Position numbers and translations under genes: made by a program
NCBI GenBank assembly: GCA_020052415.1
Contig: JAGVPB010000078.1
Coordinates: 146,642-210,641 of the forward strand
DNA length: 64,000 nucleotides
Reading direction: 5' to 3'
From: Bacteroidales bacterium
GTDB lineage: Bacteria; Bacteroidota; Bacteroidia; Bacteroidales; JAADJA01
Shown here: positions 7,571 to 16,700 of the stretch, one piece after another
How positions within the stretch are numbered: position 1 is the stretch's first letter
Layout of the letters: every line of letters starts with the position of its first letter
The notes under the pieces: generated by a model
Database searches by the model: none
The model's input: the letters and a program-made list of their open reading frames with translations, nothing else
What the model was told of the DNA's origin: nothing

Positions 7571-8551
7571 TTAGATTAGGTCAACTAGAAAATATTTATC
7601 TGTCATTTCTGCTTTGAAAGTTAGTGTTTGAGAGTTGGCATTTACATTTAAAGTGATAACTACATTTTGACTTGAACCAGGTTGAATTAACTGTGTTGCA
7701 GCAATTGTGTATGGGAATAACAAATTCAAGTTGTCACGAAAGGAAAATTGTTGTAAGGCATTCATTGGGAATGCAATTGCACTTTGATTATTAATTGTCA
7801 AAGTTACTGATACTTTATTGCCGACTCTGTGATGACTTTGAAGAGTAATATCAATCCCTTCAAAGTTGAAAGCGTCTCCAATTGAGAAATAAAATACTTG
7901 TTTGAAATTTAAAAGTTCAACAAGAAGTTTGTCAACATCGGTGTAAGGATTTAGCAAATGAACGTTTGTGTCTGTATATGGAGATTGTCTGTTTCTTAAC
8001 CAAGCTGCGTTTTCAATAGCGACTTCATTTTGGCCTTGAAAATCGTCATATAGTTTTGATTTTGCCTTGTAAAAAGTGGGAGAATAATTTTGTTTTAAAT
8101 AGGTAGATGCACAAGTCGTACCGTTACAAATACAAACTATTGGGGCAGCAGCCATACTTCTACTTTCGCAATCACTTCTGTCAAAAGGGTGCGTGCATTT
8201 TTCAAAATGCAAAATGAGCCAATGTTCAAATGAGATACTTGAAAAAGCAATTTTTATTTTTGACTTATTTGCAAGAGCAATTGCATTTTCGTTAAGAATA
8301 TCTCGTTCTCTGTCCTTATCAAAAACAACCCAAGTTTCGTCATAAGAACTTTTGTTTTTCTTCGCCTCTTTCACCATTTGAACTGGATCAGTTTTGCTAC
8401 CGTCAACAATCTCTCTGACTTCCACAGTTACAGTGTATTTACACTCCGTATCGTTGCCAATAATTTCTCCGATTCTTGCGAAATAAGCTTCTTCTGTTTG
8501 TCCTTCTGTTAGAATGTAAACAGATTTTTTAATGAATCTCTGTTTACTCAT
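7571..8551 (-). CDS. rloB: RloB-like (Toprim-like) protein with an extra Cys-rich segment and a beta-rich C-terminal extension
   Basis: RloB-family motifs are present: VYILTEGQTEEAYF, WVVFDKDRE and AFSSISFEHWLILHFE. After ~aa 125 comes CESRSMAAAPIVCICNGTTC, and after ~aa 215 an additional ~110-aa beta-rich domain. It overlaps the upstream ATPase gene by 8 nt. Confidence 0.75.
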   Translation of the reverse strand: MSKQRFIKKSVYILTEGQTEEAYFARIGEIIGNDTECKYTVTVEVREIVDGSKTDPVQMVKEAKKNKSSYDETWVVFDKDRERDILNENAIALANKSKIKIAFSSISFEHWLILHFEKCTHPFDRSDCESRSMAAAPIVCICNGTTCASTYLKQNYSPTFYKAKSKLYDDFQGQNEVAIENAAWLRNRQSPYTDTNVHLLNPYTDVDKLLVELLNFKQVFYFSIGDAFNFEGIDITLQSHHRVGNKVSVTLTINNQSAIAFPMNALQQFSFRDNLNLLFPYTIAATQLIQPGSSQNVVITLNVNANSQTLTFKAEMTDKYFLVDLI

Positions 8552-9845
8552 ATTCAGCTATGAATTCAAATTTTCTAATATTAGGAACTGCGCCAAATTT
8601 TCCCGTCCTATACCATTTGTCAAATGGTATGTCAGAACGAACTCCTTTTAAATCTTTAAAGTCCTTAACAGAATAAAATTCTGTTATTCCATACTTGTTT
8701 TTTTCGCCAAACCATATTTGGTCTTTACGAAATATTTTCTTGTCTAATAGTGTCGTTTCATGTGTCGCAAAAATTAATTGTGAATTGTTACGATTCACTT
8801 TTGGATTGTGAAACAGTTCAACTAAAAATTTTGCCAAGTCAGGATGTAAACTGTTGTCAAACTCATCAAGAAAAATAACTGTTGGTTTTTCTCTTTCAAA
8901 TGCTTCCAGTATTAAACCACCAATTGCAAACATCATTCGTGTTCCTTGAGATTCTTGGTCATTAAAAGTCAACATTTGAATTCCAGCATCATTAGATTCA
9001 TGGAATACTGGATGCACACCAAAAGTTTCAAACTTCAGTTGTTCAGCAACCTTTGCTCTAACATCAGGCGGTAATTTTTCAAAGTCCTTATCAGGTCGTT
9101 CAGAAACATGAACTTCCATAATTTTTGTGTCGGCAACGCTAATGAGTTTGCTTAATCGCTTTCTGAAAATATTATTCTCTGGATTGTTGTAAATCTTTTG
9201 AACCTTATTATACAAAGATTCTGTGTGATGAATAGATGGAATATTCCAAATCTCTATTGATTTAAAATAAAGATAAATGTCCCTAAACTGGTCATTGGGT
9301 GTATTCCCAATTTTTGATAGATACAAATGATTATTGGGAACTCGCTTATCCTCTTTTGTTACCATACCATCGCCAAACTCTACAAACTCGTTTCCATCTT
9401 TTCTTTCAAAAATTTTAGAAATCCGATTTGTTTCGTAAACACCCAAATACTCATACAGTATTCCTTCTTTGTTGAACTTGATAATGTATCTGTGTCTTTT
9501 GTTGTTGTTTGGAATGAAGTTTATTTTTATTTCAATCGGCTGATTCTTTGAGTCAATGTCAAGCAAAAATGGGTCGTAATATTTTTCTGGAATTAAGTCT
9601 CCCGATTTGAGGTCAATAGAATTCAAGATAAAATACTTTAATGACCACATCAATCTTATCAAGTTTGATTTTCCTGATGCATTAGAGCCATAAAGAACCG
9701 CTGATTTTACCAATTTTAAATTCTTTGATTCGGCTAAAGGACAAAACACATTCTGAGTTTTCAAATTGGAAGAGTTCGCCTCAAGAGAAAACAATTGTTC
9801 CTCCTTGATTGAACGGTAATTCTTAAATGTGAGGTCGATTACCAT
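8544..9845 (-). CDS. AAA_21/ABC-type ATPase, partner of RloB (AbiLi-like abortive-infection ATPase)
   Basis: Motifs: FKNYRSIKEE start, Walker A (GSNASGKSN), ESQGTRMMF (signature/Q-loop-like), Walker B (VIFLDEFDNSLHP), and the H-loop in FATHET. It overlaps the RloB gene start (8544-8551), consistent with one transcription unit. Confidence 0.8.
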   Translation of the reverse strand: MVIDLTFKNYRSIKEEQLFSLEANSSNLKTQNVFCPLAESKNLKLVKSAVLYGSNASGKSNLIRLMWSLKYFILNSIDLKSGDLIPEKYYDPFLLDIDSKNQPIEIKINFIPNNNKRHRYIIKFNKEGILYEYLGVYETNRISKIFERKDGNEFVEFGDGMVTKEDKRVPNNHLYLSKIGNTPNDQFRDIYLYFKSIEIWNIPSIHHTESLYNKVQKIYNNPENNIFRKRLSKLISVADTKIMEVHVSERPDKDFEKLPPDVRAKVAEQLKFETFGVHPVFHESNDAGIQMLTFNDQESQGTRMMFAIGGLILEAFEREKPTVIFLDEFDNSLHPDLAKFLVELFHNPKVNRNNSQLIFATHETTLLDKKIFRKDQIWFGEKNKYGITEFYSVKDFKDLKGVRSDIPFDKWYRTGKFGAVPNIRKFEFIAEYE

Positions 9846-10162
9846 AGCTATGATTCTTAAATTTTACTGCAAAGAAACGACTTTTATTTGGATTTTCTTG
9901 TCCGAAACTGTAAATTTTGCAAATAATTTTCATAATTATACATTTCATAAAAGTGGGTGGGAAAATTTTAGCGCTTTTGCTTTTTTGAAACATTTGAATT
10001 TGCGTGAAGGAAAAAAAAAAGTGCTAAAATGTGCAGTGGCTTGTCTTTCCGTCCTTTTGCATTCCGTTCACTGTGTCCCTGGTGTCTATTTTAACGCTTT
10101 GATCGCCTGGTTCTGGTAAGAACTGTTTAACTTATTTGGTTTTTTAATTCCGCTAAGGTTCT

Positions 10163-10170
10163 TATATTTG
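10163..10170 (+). promoter_or_regulatory. Candidate -7 box (TATATTTG) upstream of the P2 gene
   Basis: Matches TAnnTTTG, 23 nt upstream of the ATG at 10193. It lies so close to the track TTG start at 10178 that the ATG at 10193 is the more likely start. Confidence 0.45.
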
Positions 10171-10192
10171 CCTTCTTTTGAAATCCGGTAAT

Positions 10193-13100
10193 ATGAAAAG
10201 AACTTTTTTACTTGTATCCGTACTTCCTTTGATTTTGCTATCTTTTGTGGGTTTTTCACAGGTTCATACCTCCTATCTCTGGCATCTTCACCAGCCGATA
10301 TACTGGGCTGAACAGAGCGCCTGGGATCCGTATGCTTACCAGAAAGCGTGGGAGTCGCACTGGCTAAAGATGAACAACGGCAACTGGTACTCCGACGGGC
10401 AGCAGCACCCATTGAATGATTTGTATGAAATTTTCAGTAAAGATGATCGGGTGGCAGTCTATCAATGGCGGGTAAAGGATGCCGTGCAATCCCTGTTAGG
10501 TCATTCCGAAGCCGGTGCGCAGGTATGTTACTCAGGCAGCCTTATCGAGAATGTGAACAGCCTTGCCGCTGCCGGACAAATGGGCTATAGCTCAGGCTGG
10601 CAGAATAATTATATGACCGCCCGCGGCTGGCAAACTTCGGGTGGTAAACCGAGGCTCGACATTACGGCTTTTACAATGGATCATTCTTTGTCGCCGCTCG
10701 TCAGCGATCGGGTTCTACGAAAACAAATACAGGTTTATAAACAAGCCTATACCGAAGTGTTTGGAAGCAATCCATATTTTTCAAAAGGTAACTGGCCGGC
10801 GGAATGTTCTTTCAGCGAAAGGATCATAAAGGCGCTGGTTCAGGAAGGTATTGAATGGAGTGTGATTGCCAACAGTCACCTGGCCAGGACGCTGAACGAT
10901 TATCCATTGAATTACGGAACGTCAGGATGTAATATTGATCCGCCTAATGGAGCCGATAAAATTGCAACCAACGGCATCAACTGGTGGAATGGCCAGATTG
11001 ACGGTCGCGGCGGAGCTTTTGCAGCGCCATTCTGTTACCAGGCTCATAAAGCCAAATATGTGGACCCGGAAACCGGAACTGAATATCTGATCACGGTTGT
11101 ACCTATGTGCGACCTGCTCAGCTATAAAAACGGTTATGCCCTGATGGGAACGGGCGAAATTGATTCTTACATCGCGCCTTACGATGTTCCGGGGCATCCT
11201 TCGATGGTATTGTTTGCCCATGATGGCGACAATGCCTGGGGCGGAGGTTTTGATTACTACGCCAATTCGGTTCCGCAGCTTGCTAATGCCTGCGCCGCAA
11301 ACGGGTATGTGCCTTCCACCATCCAGCAATTCCTTACCGACCACCCGGTTCCGGCGAACGATATTGTGCATGTGGAAGACGGATCATGGTTTAATGCTGA
11401 GAATGACTGGGGACACCCTCAATTTATTAACTGGATATGGCCTATGTACACCGGCAGCTATGAATTCAATCCGAACGGCTGGACCGAAGACGCCCGCAAC
11501 TGGGCGGTTCTGACAGCGGCTGAGAACAGGGTTCTGATGGCGGAAGACCTTTCGGGAGGAGTTGATATAGCCGACATCCTTCATCCGGGAAGCGGTTCAT
11601 CGGCTGCCGAACGAGCCTGGCATCATATTCTGCCAGCGTTTTCGAGCGATTTCATGTATTACGGAACCTCTCTCGACATGGAGGTAAAGCAGTCCCTTGC
11701 CTGCAATCTTGCGACTGATTTTGCGAACCAGGTGATCAGCGCCAATCCCGGAATAGATAACACAGTTCCTTCGGTGTTCATCCCTCAGAGATATCCTTAT
11801 AATCCTGGTGGAATTGGATTCGGACCCACTTATGGCTACCAGCAGCATCAAAATGCTTCCGATTTCTTTGTCTGGACATTTGCCTATGACGTTTCCGGTT
11901 TGCAATCGGTCGTTTTAAAATACCGGACAGATAGCGACGGTACGAATCCCCTGACAAATAACGAAAACGATACTTATGCCGGAGGTTCAGGAGTAAGTTC
12001 ATGGCAAGCAATACCTATGACATTCCGCGATTTTCCGGAAGGAAATATTACGGGCAATCCTGATATTAACTTTTTTATTATGCCCGACTATTGTGCCGAT
12101 GAATATTACGGTGAAATCACCGGCCTTTCGGAAACGCTGGTTGACTATTATGTGGAAGCTACAGATAACGAAGGTAATGTGGCAAAAACGGCCATTCAGC
12201 ATGTTTATGTCGGCCTCTATAATCCAGGAAGCGGTGGTGGTGATTACAGCGTGAGCTGGCTTCCATCAAATCCTGATGAAAATGATGTGATCACTATTAC
12301 TGTAGCCAATCCAACTTCAATTCCAAAATTGCATTGGGGCGTTAATAACCAGGGAAGCAACTGGCAGACGCCGAACAGTGTTTATTGGCCAGCCGGAACA
12401 TTTCTTTTCAACGGTACAGGCCCTGCGGTAGAAACACCTTTTACCGGACCAAACGAAAACAATGAATATACTTTGACAATCGGGCCTTTTAATGACCCGG
12501 CTCAGGCAGTTTCAGCCATTGCCTTTGTGATCCATTTCCAGGATGATTCATGGGACAACAATAGCGGGAGTGATTACCATATTGCTATTGGTTCGCAAAC
12601 GATCATCGGAGTGCAATGGGAACCGGAAAATCCGACACAGTTTGATGTAATTACGGTCAATGCAGGCCAGGCCACTCAGGGAGCAAAACTTCACTGGGGA
12701 GTGAAGGTGAACGGAACCGGATGGCAGTCGCCGAACCCGGTTTACTGGCCTGTCGGCAGCTACCTTTTTAACGGAACCGGACCTGCGGTTGAAACCCCGA
12801 TGTCGGGCCCTGTGGATGGAGTATTATCACTGAACCTCGGCCCATTTAATAATCCTTTACAAGTAGTTCAGGGAATTGATTTCGTGATACACTACGACGA
12901 CAATACATGGGATAATAACAACGGTCAGGATTATCACATCACAATTACGAATATTGAACCCTCATATCTTGATTTAAAGGTATTTCTTGAAGGGCCGTTT
13001 AACGGAACCTCCATGAACACCGGGTTAACCGGTTCAACAGTTTTACCATTAACTCAGCCCTTCAATACAGAACCCTGGAATTATTCCGGAACCGAAAATG

Positions 13101-13633
13101 CCGGTGCGATTCTGCCTGAGACAGTGGATTGGGTACTTATTGAATTGCGCGACGCAGCTTCTGCAGCTCAGGCAACATCTTCGACTGTTATGGCCAGGAA
13201 AGCAGGACTCATTCTCTCCGACGGACAAATAAAGGATATTGACGGAACATCGGATATGCAGTTCATGATTAATGTTTTAAATAACCTGTTTGTTGTCGTT
13301 TATCAGAGGAACCACCTTGCAGTGATGTCGGCAAATGCACTTGTAAAGTCTGTGAATACATATTCCTATGATTTCTCGACAGGATCAAACCAGGCTTATG
13401 GAAATACTGATGCTCACAAGCAAATAGCAACAGGAATTTGGGGGATGGCAGGTGGTGATGGAGATAAAAACGGTACTATTGATCATTCCGATAAATCAAT
13501 ACTGTGGGATGAAAACGCAGGGACACGCGGATATTTACCAAATGACTTTAACCTTGATGCACAATCCGGCAATCCTGATAAAAATGATATATGGTTACCC
13601 AACATTGGAAGAGGTAGCCAGGTGCCGGAATAA
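10193..13633 (+). CDS. Secreted GH57-like glycoside hydrolase P2 with two starch-binding-like (CBM25/53-like) repeats and the shared C-terminal module
   Basis: Signal peptide MKRTFLLVSVLPLILLSFVGFSQ. GH57-like blocks are WHLHQPIY, WPAECSFSE and FAHDGDNAWGGG. Two ~115-aa repeats lie at ~12241-12595 and ~12601-12950, with KLHWGV..G..WQ.PN and W DNN.G.DYHI motifs. The shared module is 12964-13630. The track start at 10178 is TTG; ATG at 10193 is preferred. Confidence 0.8.
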   Translation: MKRTFLLVSVLPLILLSFVGFSQVHTSYLWHLHQPIYWAEQSAWDPYAYQKAWESHWLKMNNGNWYSDGQQHPLNDLYEIFSKDDRVAVYQWRVKDAVQSLLGHSEAGAQVCYSGSLIENVNSLAAAGQMGYSSGWQNNYMTARGWQTSGGKPRLDITAFTMDHSLSPLVSDRVLRKQIQVYKQAYTEVFGSNPYFSKGNWPAECSFSERIIKALVQEGIEWSVIANSHLARTLNDYPLNYGTSGCNIDPPNGADKIATNGINWWNGQIDGRGGAFAAPFCYQAHKAKYVDPETGTEYLITVVPMCDLLSYKNGYALMGTGEIDSYIAPYDVPGHPSMVLFAHDGDNAWGGGFDYYANSVPQLANACAANGYVPSTIQQFLTDHPVPANDIVHVEDGSWFNAENDWGHPQFINWIWPMYTGSYEFNPNGWTEDARNWAVLTAAENRVLMAEDLSGGVDIADILHPGSGSSAAERAWHHILPAFSSDFMYYGTSLDMEVKQSLACNLATDFANQVISANPGIDNTVPSVFIPQRYPYNPGGIGFGPTYGYQQHQNASDFFVWTFAYDVSGLQSVVLKYRTDSDGTNPLTNNENDTYAGGSGVSSWQAIPMTFRDFPEGNITGNPDINFFIMPDYCADEYYGEITGLSETLVDYYVEATDNEGNVAKTAIQHVYVGLYNPGSGGGDYSVSWLPSNPDENDVITITVANPTSIPKLHWGVNNQGSNWQTPNSVYWPAGTFLFNGTGPAVETPFTGPNENNEYTLTIGPFNDPAQAVSAIAFVIHFQDDSWDNNSGSDYHIAIGSQTIIGVQWEPENPTQFDVITVNAGQATQGAKLHWGVKVNGTGWQSPNPVYWPVGSYLFNGTGPAVETPMSGPVDGVLSLNLGPFNNPLQVVQGIDFVIHYDDNTWDNNNGQDYHITITNIEPSYLDLKVFLEGPFNGTSMNTGLTGSTVLPLTQPFNTEPWNYSGTENAGAILPETVDWVLIELRDAASAAQATSSTVMARKAGLILSDGQIKDIDGTSDMQFMINVLNNLFVVVYQRNHLAVMSANALVKSVNTYSYDFSTGSNQAYGNTDAHKQIATGIWGMAGGDGDKNGTIDHSDKSILWDENAGTRGYLPNDFNLDAQSGNPDKNDIWLPNIGRGSQVPE
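12964..13630 (+). other. Shared C-terminal module, copy 2 (P2)
   Basis: Conserved blocks are LEGPF, PLTQPFNTEPWNYSGTE, DWVLIELRDA, QRNHL, FST, GDGDKNGTIDHSD, DFNLDAQSGNPDKNDIW, and QVPE at the stop. Confidence 0.85.
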
Positions 13634-13720
13634 TCATTTTATACTCTCAATTTAATTCTTTTTCTCAAATTAATTATCAGAAAACTTTCAGTAATTTTCT
13701 TTGTTTATCGAATGAATTGT

Positions 13721-13728
13721 TACATTTG
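13721..13728 (+). promoter_or_regulatory. Candidate -7 box (TACATTTG) upstream of the P3 gene
   Basis: Matches TAnnTTTG. A TTTG lies 17 nt upstream (13700-13703). The box is 55 nt before the ATG at 13783. Confidence 0.4.
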
Positions 13729-13782
13729 CAAGCAAACAATCCTTCTGGTCGAACTTAATTTAAATATATAAATATCACTAAA

Positions 13783-16700
13783 ATGAAAAAGTATCCTTTA
13801 TTTATTATTGTTTTGGCAATCATTTTTGCCTGGACAGTTGGTTATGCACAGCAAACAAAAAAACCGCAAGCAAATAAAGCGGTGAGTGATCAGGTTGATA
13901 CCCGGATAGACAACATGGGCTATTGGATGGAAAAAGCCAAACAGGGGCTCGTTCCTTATAGCCAGCCGATACCGATCAAGCCCGCCGAATATACAGGCAG
14001 TAAGATCAATGTAAAAGGAATCAAGTCTATAGAGTCAATAGATGTACCGGTCACAAATTTAACCAATGTTACCGAAAGTGAGAATTCAGTATTCGTTGAT
14101 CCCAATAATGCTAATTATATTCTGAACTCCAATAATTCTACTTCATGGTCAGGAGGTTCAGTAGGAACCCTTTATGGGGCCAATTATTTTCAGTCGTCCA
14201 ACGGAGGCACCACCTGGGGCGGAACGCCCAACGGTGCAGGAGGCAGCAATTCAGGTGACCCGACTACAGCTATTGGTTTGAATGGTCGTGAATACGTAAA
14301 CTACATCACTAATCCCGGTGGACAGGGAATTGCCTGGTCGGATGACGGAACAACCTGGTCGGCGGTCACAATAGCCCCGAATCCCGGTTCTCTCGCTGAT
14401 AAAAACCACATGTGGATTGACAACAAGGCAGGCAGTCCCTATGAAGGAAATCTTTATACAGCATGGACAGATTTTGGAGGAGGGAATAACAATAACATAG
14501 TCATTTCACGATCAACTAATGACGGATTATCATGGTCATCACTTATAAACCTGAGTTCGGCAGTTGCAGCAGGAAGCCATAACCAGGGCGTGAATATTCA
14601 GACAGGCCCCGGCGGAGAAGTATATGTTTGCTGGGCGATTTACGACGGCTGGCCGACGGATGAAACAGCAATTGGCTTTGCCAAGTCAACCAACGGAGGA
14701 GTAAGTTATACAGCAGGAACAAGAATTAAAACGGGACTAAAGGGTATCCGGACAAGCGGGTCAACAAAAAACCACAGGGTTAATTCTTTTCCATCAATGG
14801 CAGTGGATATTAGCGGCGGGCCTAACAACGGGAATCTTTACATCGTATGGACTAATATCGGAACTCCCGGAGTGAATACCGGATCAAACAGAAGTGTCTA
14901 TATGATCCGTTCAACCAACGGTGGAACTACATGGTCAGCGGCAATAAAGGTAAACCAGAATCCATTTATTGATGGCGATGTGGCCTATTTCCCCTGGATA
15001 AGTTGCGATCCGGTGACAGGAGTTTTGAGTACTGTATTTTATGATGACCGTAATGTAACCGCTGGTGGAGCTGTCGAAGTATTTTCAGCTTATTCGCTCA
15101 ATGCAGGCGCTACCTGGACCGACTTTGTTATCAGCGATGTATCTTTTACACCAAGTCCGATTCCCGGTTTAGCGAGCAGTTATATGGGTGATTATCTTGG
15201 GATCACATCAAAGGGAGGAAAGGTATATCCATGCTGGACCGACACCAGAGGCGGATTATTCATGACTTATGTTTCGCCTTATGAATTGGGATTGAATGCT
15301 GATTTCATGGCCAACAATACCACACCATGCACAGGCTCAACCGTAACATTTAGTGATTTATCCACTGGCAGCCCAATATCATGGACCTGGAGCTTTACCG
15401 GTGGAACCCCATCAAGTTATGTTGGGCAAACACCGCCAGCGATCACATACAGTACGCCCGGATCATACAATGTTTCTTTAACAGTCGGAGATGGAACCGC
15501 AACTGATACTGAAACTAAAACAGGATATATTTCTGTTCAAAATGTTATTGCAAATTTCTCAGGAACACCTACAACTGTAGTAGTTGGAAACACGGTAACC
15601 TTTACCGATAATTCGTCCTGCAGCCCGACATCATGGAGCTGGTCATTTCCGGGTGGAACCCCCGCTACTGCCACTGGAGTTGGTCCGCATATTATTACTT
15701 ATAACACGCTCGGAACTTATGATGCAAGTCTTACTGTTACAAAGAGCGCAAGTAATGATACAGAAACAAAGACGAGCTATATCACAGTAATCGCGCCTGA
15801 ATTTAATATGACAAATGGAACCGTTACCACATGTACCGGTAATTTCTATGATTCGGGAGGTCCTTCAGGGAATTATCAGAACAATGAAAACTTTACGGAA
15901 ACATTTTATCCATCAACATCAGGGGCAATGATTCGCTTTACCTTTGCATCATTCAACACGGAATCAGGCTATGATTACCTTAGGATTTATAATGGTACCA
16001 GCGTTGCCGCTCCTTTAATTGGTACCTATAATGGAACGACAGGACCGGGAACTGTCACTGCATCGAACGCAGCCGGCGCTCTTACTTTTAATTTTACTTC
16101 AGATTACAGCGTTACCCCTGCCGGATGGTCAGCTGCCATAACATGTTACAGCACTTCGCTTCCACCGGTTGCAAATTTTTCAGCATCAAACACTTCTCCT
16201 TTTGTTGGAGAGACTGTAATTTTCACTGATCTTTCAAACAATGCTCCTACTACATGGGCATGGTCATTTAATCCCACCTCGATATCTTATGTGGGAGGTA
16301 CAAATGCCAATTCTCAAAATCCACAAGTGCAGTTTAATTCTTCAGGGCTTTACACTGTAACACTGGCAGTTACCAATGCCTATGGTTCAGATTCTGAAGT
16401 AAAAACAAATTACATTAACGTTATTCATACCATACCGCCTTATGTTGAAAATTTCGAAACATTCGCGGCAGGGAATTATGTGGCACTGACATCTCCGTAT
16501 TGGACAACCTGGTCGAATTTACCGGGAGGTACGGAGGATGCAGTTATTGTTTCTACTCCAACTCATGGCGGAACAAAGTCTGTTAAAATTGACGGGGTAA
16601 ATGATCTTGTTTTGCCACTTGGTGATAAAACCTCTGGAAAATACATAATTAGTTTCTATATGTATGTTCCTTCGGGCAATTACGGATATTATAACCTGCT

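Noticed and set aside
10178-10192. TTG start at 10178 for P2 (MKSGNMKRTF...)
   Set aside because: A TAnnTTTG -7 box ends at 10170, only 7 nt upstream. The ATG at 10193 gives a standard signal peptide (MKRTFLLVSV...).
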